From positions 64,001-128,000 of the forward strand of contig JBPOGH010000010.1 in NCBI GenBank assembly GCA_051252135.1: 64,000 nt of DNA, given 5' to 3'. Numbering within the stretch: position 1 is the first letter of the stretch; each line of letters starts with the position of its first letter. Below, piece after piece: positions 63,860-64,000 of the stretch. A program made the position numbers and the translations under genes. The notes beneath the pieces were generated by a model. It saw only the letters and a list, made by a program, of their open reading frames with translations, made no database searches and was not told where the DNA came from. Origin of the DNA: Verrucomicrobiaceae bacterium (GTDB taxonomy: Bacteria; Verrucomicrobiota; Verrucomicrobiia; Verrucomicrobiales; Akkermansiaceae).

Positions 63860-64000
63860 ATGAAGAGCAAATCGATCATTATCCTTCTCGTGGCCCTTGC
63901 GGTGGCGATTGTAGTCGTTCAGGAAATCCGAATCAGCGGGTTGCGTGATGAGTTGGCGAAGGCCTCCGTGGAACCGGTGCAGATGACGGTGAAGGAGCGG
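63860..64000 (+). CDS. Hypothetical protein with an N-terminal hydrophobic anchor (runs off the window)
   Basis: MKSKSIIILLVALAVAIVVVQEIRISGLRDELAK..., open to the end of the window. Confidence 0.6.
   Translation, partial: MKSKSIIILLVALAVAIVVVQEIRISGLRDELAKASVEPVQMTVKER

Overview
64-kb chromosomal window of a high-GC bacterium, most likely Verrucomicrobiota (inferred from the PEP-CTERM genes, PVC-type heme-binding protein, sulfatase, multiple Skp paralogues, dnaK-groES-groEL order and TGTTC-N4-GAACA-like boxes at recA). It is mostly housekeeping: rpoB/rpoC, dnaK-groES-groEL, panC, lpxD with four Skp/OmpH genes, ndk, recA, ubiE/menG, hisC, mnmE, cobB, GspE/GspF-type pair, lpdA, and an unannotated 6S-RNA-like gene. 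Four features stand out. (1) A lower-GC island (about 37.7-40.2 kb) built like an integrase-less integron cassette array, with GTTC-type core sites that match the inverse core of the same cassette. (2) A 209-bp element with terminal inverted repeats and CTAG boundaries (period exactly 213 bp), stacked in tandem at two loci, each at a CTAG that contains a gene's TAG stop codon. (3) An arsR-gapdh-GNAT-X-arsJ arsenic operon in which orphan gene X starts with a duplicated copy of the arsJ leader and first 8 codons. (4) A zinc-ribbon TolQ/ExbB gene with two unequal ExbD-like partners. There is also a candidate sigma-54 promoter for dnaK and recurrent leaderless or SD-less gene starts. No CRISPR array, rRNA, tRNA, transposase or integrase was recognised. 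All calls were made by eye, without database searches.
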